From Takakia lepidozioides (Eukaryota; Plantae; Bryophyta), in assembly GCA_030704615.1 (NCBI GenBank), contig CM060731.1:89714001-89778000 (forward strand): DNA of 64,000 nt, written 5' to 3'. Shown here piece after piece: positions 61,103 through 64,000 of this stretch. Position numbers and translations under genes: made by a program. The notes under the pieces are model-generated. The model saw only the letters and a list, made by a program, of their open reading frames with translations. It was not told the origin of the DNA and did no database searches. Position 1 is the stretch's first letter. The number at the start of each line of letters is the position of its first letter.

Positions 61103-63417
61103 CTAGTCGTCACTGTCCGAGGATGTGGAATTTGATGTTGTGGCCTGATTTGCACTACCAATTGCCAGAGTTTGCGACTGTGATCTCGTGGTCAATGAGG
61201 GGCCCAATGGCATGTGATCAATTCTGGCCTATATCTGCTTACTTCGCGGCGAAAGTTGACTTTCTTTTTCACTCTCACGACGTGGCGGAGGTGGATCGAG
61301 AACAAGTGCTCGGGCTGCATGCAAATCGGCAACGAGGCCGTCAACATCCAGCGATACAGCCCCCGAAACACGATGATAACGGTCTGTCCATAGTCGCCTC
61401 CATTTCTCTACAACTGCCTTGATGGTACTTTTGAAACTTTCCAACTACCTCTTGCGGGCCCTGTCCCTAATCATTGTGTCGTTTCGACGATAAGCGGCCT
61501 CGTACGCATCATTCATTCGGCGTTGACATATTATATCATCTTCCAGTTCGGACAGCAACAAATGTCTCCAAATCGGTTGTCGGTCATACAATTCGTTCTC
61601 CTCCGGCACCCATGGAACCTGTGGGAGTCGGATAAACCTGGACCTTCTTTAACTCCAATGCCCTCCCAGATTGCGGCAAAACTGCTCTCTCTCCCACCAA
61701 TCTCGAATACCTCCCGCACGTACGGTTATCTCCCAATCAGATGTGACCCAGAAATATTGGGGATCTTTGATGTATGCTGGGTTTTCGGCATGTATGCCAT
61801 GCATCTCTCTGTATGCATCCCATACCAAGTTCTTGCCCCAATGCACACAATTCAGAAATGTGTATGGTAGCCCATCCAATGGGAGGTTGTGTCGATTGTA
61901 TTCAAAACCTATGGGCATCCGATCCTCCAAGCCTACCAGCTCATAGAAACGGCGATGGATTGGTATACGGCATTCTGGGCAAGCGTTCGTCCGCAAGGCT
62001 TGCAGGATAAGACATGTGAGATGGAACATATGTCCACATAATCCAAGCACATGACATCCCTCTGGGCCGTATGGATTCCTACACATCGAACAAACTGTGT
62101 CATATGATATCCATGACGGCAAAACGCCTCGTGGTATCTCCTCCCTCTGGGCCAGTTTGATGTGGCTGGTCATTCTTGTTGTGGTGTCCCATTTTTCCTC
62201 TATCTCCAATTCCCAGTTTATGCTTTTGTTCGACCCCGAAATTTTGTGCTCACATCGAATGAACATAGAATCCACATCTGCCCAATTGGTATACCCGGCG
62301 AACACGTTTGATGCGATGCGGAGATCGTTATACCTTTGCGTTTTGGTATAAATGCTATCCACGCTACGGTTCGACATGCGTGCGACACGTTGCAAGCCTG
62401 ACAGTGCCCGCTCTACCCGTGCTTATCTGGAGGCCAAATGGGTCGCTCATTGTACCCAATTCTCCCAGTCGCCATTCAATGAGACCCATGTCTGTATCTC
62501 CAGCGTTTTGGATAAGCGCTATGCAGTTGCCATGGCAATGTCCCGCTCCTTTATAGCGCGGTCGACATCTAATATTGGGTTCATCTCCGATTGAATGACG
62601 ACCCTCGAGCATTCCCCGGTTTCCAGTACTGGTTATTTTCCTTTCCTCCTTCTCTCATCCGCAATTCGTTGTTCTTTAACCATGGTTTCATCGGCCACAG
62701 GGTCAAGGACGTCCGTAATTTCGTGAATGATGGGGTCAATACTGCGATCGGACATCGCAAACTCCGCGTCCATGTCCACGACGTTTGTTCGATCCTCATT
62801 GTGGACAACAGTGCCTTCATTGTTTGGAGGCATGTCTTGCAATCTAGCTTCCAACTCGGCTATGTGCAGTGTTTGTCAGTCTAGTCGGTCCTGCAGGGTC
62901 CTGATTCGCTGGTCTCTTTCCGCCAGTTGTTCCTCTAACGTTGCAGCCGGTTGTATTCCGAACGTGTCCGGGATGTACTCCAAATCGTATAGCAACCTTG
63001 CGTTCCTCCTACTAGCAGTTTGCCAATTCACTGGACGCAAGAGTATGACCTTCACGTACAACATGGCTGCCAAGGAGGTTGACCCCACAATGTGCAATGC
63101 ACCTCATTCGCCCTATGCTGGAAATGCAAATTCGTGCAAGACCTGGACTCTGCGTAATTGTTTCGGGTTTGCACGTCATGCCTATCCAAAGGCCACAATC
63201 GATTGATGTGGTACCATTTCACGAATTTTTGGCATCTCGCCATCGGCCACCGGAACTCTTCCAGATCATCCTCCCAGCCCTCTTCTGCTAGTATGTTAGG
63301 GTCACCATATACTTCTCAATTCAAGTCTTGTCTTGACCCTTTGATTTTCTTAGGGGGCGGTCCATGTTCATTGGGGTCATCTCTTCCATGACGGTCATCG
63401 TCCTGGCCCTCTGCCAT
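61103..63417 (-). pseudogene. Large RING-H2 finger protein gene, disrupted
   Basis: ATG at 63417 with PPPKKIK NLS-like motif; coiled-coil-like segments; CSMC..CGHMFHLTC..CPEC; several stops and frameshifts; end inferred. Confidence 0.7.
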
Positions 63418-63787
63418 TCTGACAATCGGAGCAACACTAAACGAGGTTTTCTAAAAAGACGTAACTCTAAACCCTTCCCCCGTTAAGTAGGTTTGAGTAG
63501 GTGTCAAAATAGTTCCTAAAAGCTAATTTTGTAGAATAAAATGATCCTGGAAGCCAGAGGAGGGCCTATGGGAGCATTCTGCAACGACCTCACAGAAATT
63601 GCGGCAAAAAATACCCCCCCACCCAACCAATGGCCTCCTTCTCCACGTGACTACGTGTCGTGGAATAATGAAATGTCACGCACACAGAAGTTGTGTGGAG
63701 AGGAATTGAGGGGAGAATAAGCCTCCCTGGGCTTATATCCCCCCCCACCCTCATTTCTCGGGCCACGTGCAGGGCGAATCTTCTAGA

Positions 63788-63821
63788 AGCGACCGCCAAC
63801 TTGGCGGTCGTTCGATTTTCC

Positions 63822-63855
<34 letters not shown>

Positions 63856-64000
63856 GACTGCCAGTACAAGTGGTCGCTCCATTTTCCGGAAATAAAATAA
63901 ATAAGCGACCATCAACATAGGCGATCGCTTCATTTTCAAAAACTTTAAAATAAATAAGCGACCGCCAACATAGGCAGTCGCGTCATTTTCAAAAACTTTA
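63788..64000. repeat. Second GCGACCGCC..GGCGGTCGC palindrome array, runs off the window
   Basis: Copies near 63788, 63853, 63904, 63957. Confidence 0.85.

Overview
Repeat-dense eukaryotic DNA, most likely a non-seed land plant (plant tRNA-iMet primer sites, PLS-type PPR motifs, GT-AG introns). No clearly intact host gene is present; the window is a nest of decayed transposons. (1) 3.7-10 kb: a Ty1/copia element with a half-tRNA primer site and an internal inversion, sitting in the LTR-like repeat of a gypsy-like remnant. (2) An old Ty3/gypsy (G1, minus strand, about 11.9-53.7 kb) split by two insertions. (3) The first insertion is a 28.9-kb Mutator-like element (MULE-A, 13149-42006). It contains PPR pseudogene DNA, into which a related 15.1-kb element (MULE-B, 21367-36504) inserted. 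Both carry a GCM-like/DDE transposase, an intron-containing beta-class (N6A/N4C-type) DNA methyltransferase-like gene (fused to a ParB/Srx-like domain in MULE-B), copies of an orphan ~200-aa gene, and arrays of an element-specific palindrome, partly on an exact 53-bp period. (4) The second insertion is a gypsy (G2, 43710-53081) with a DNMT3-like C5 methyltransferase between protease and RT, a PHD finger on the integrase, and circularly permuted LTRs (B...A-B-A) opened at an internal CA-GC-TG palindrome. (5) 53.7-64 kb: an unclassified element with convergent kinase and RING-H2 pseudogenes, each behind its own palindrome array, plus long hairpins. The best candidates for new biology are the MULE ParB-MTase/orphan/phased-palindrome module and the permuted-LTR DNMT gypsy. 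All domain calls come from reading motifs by eye; no database searches were run.
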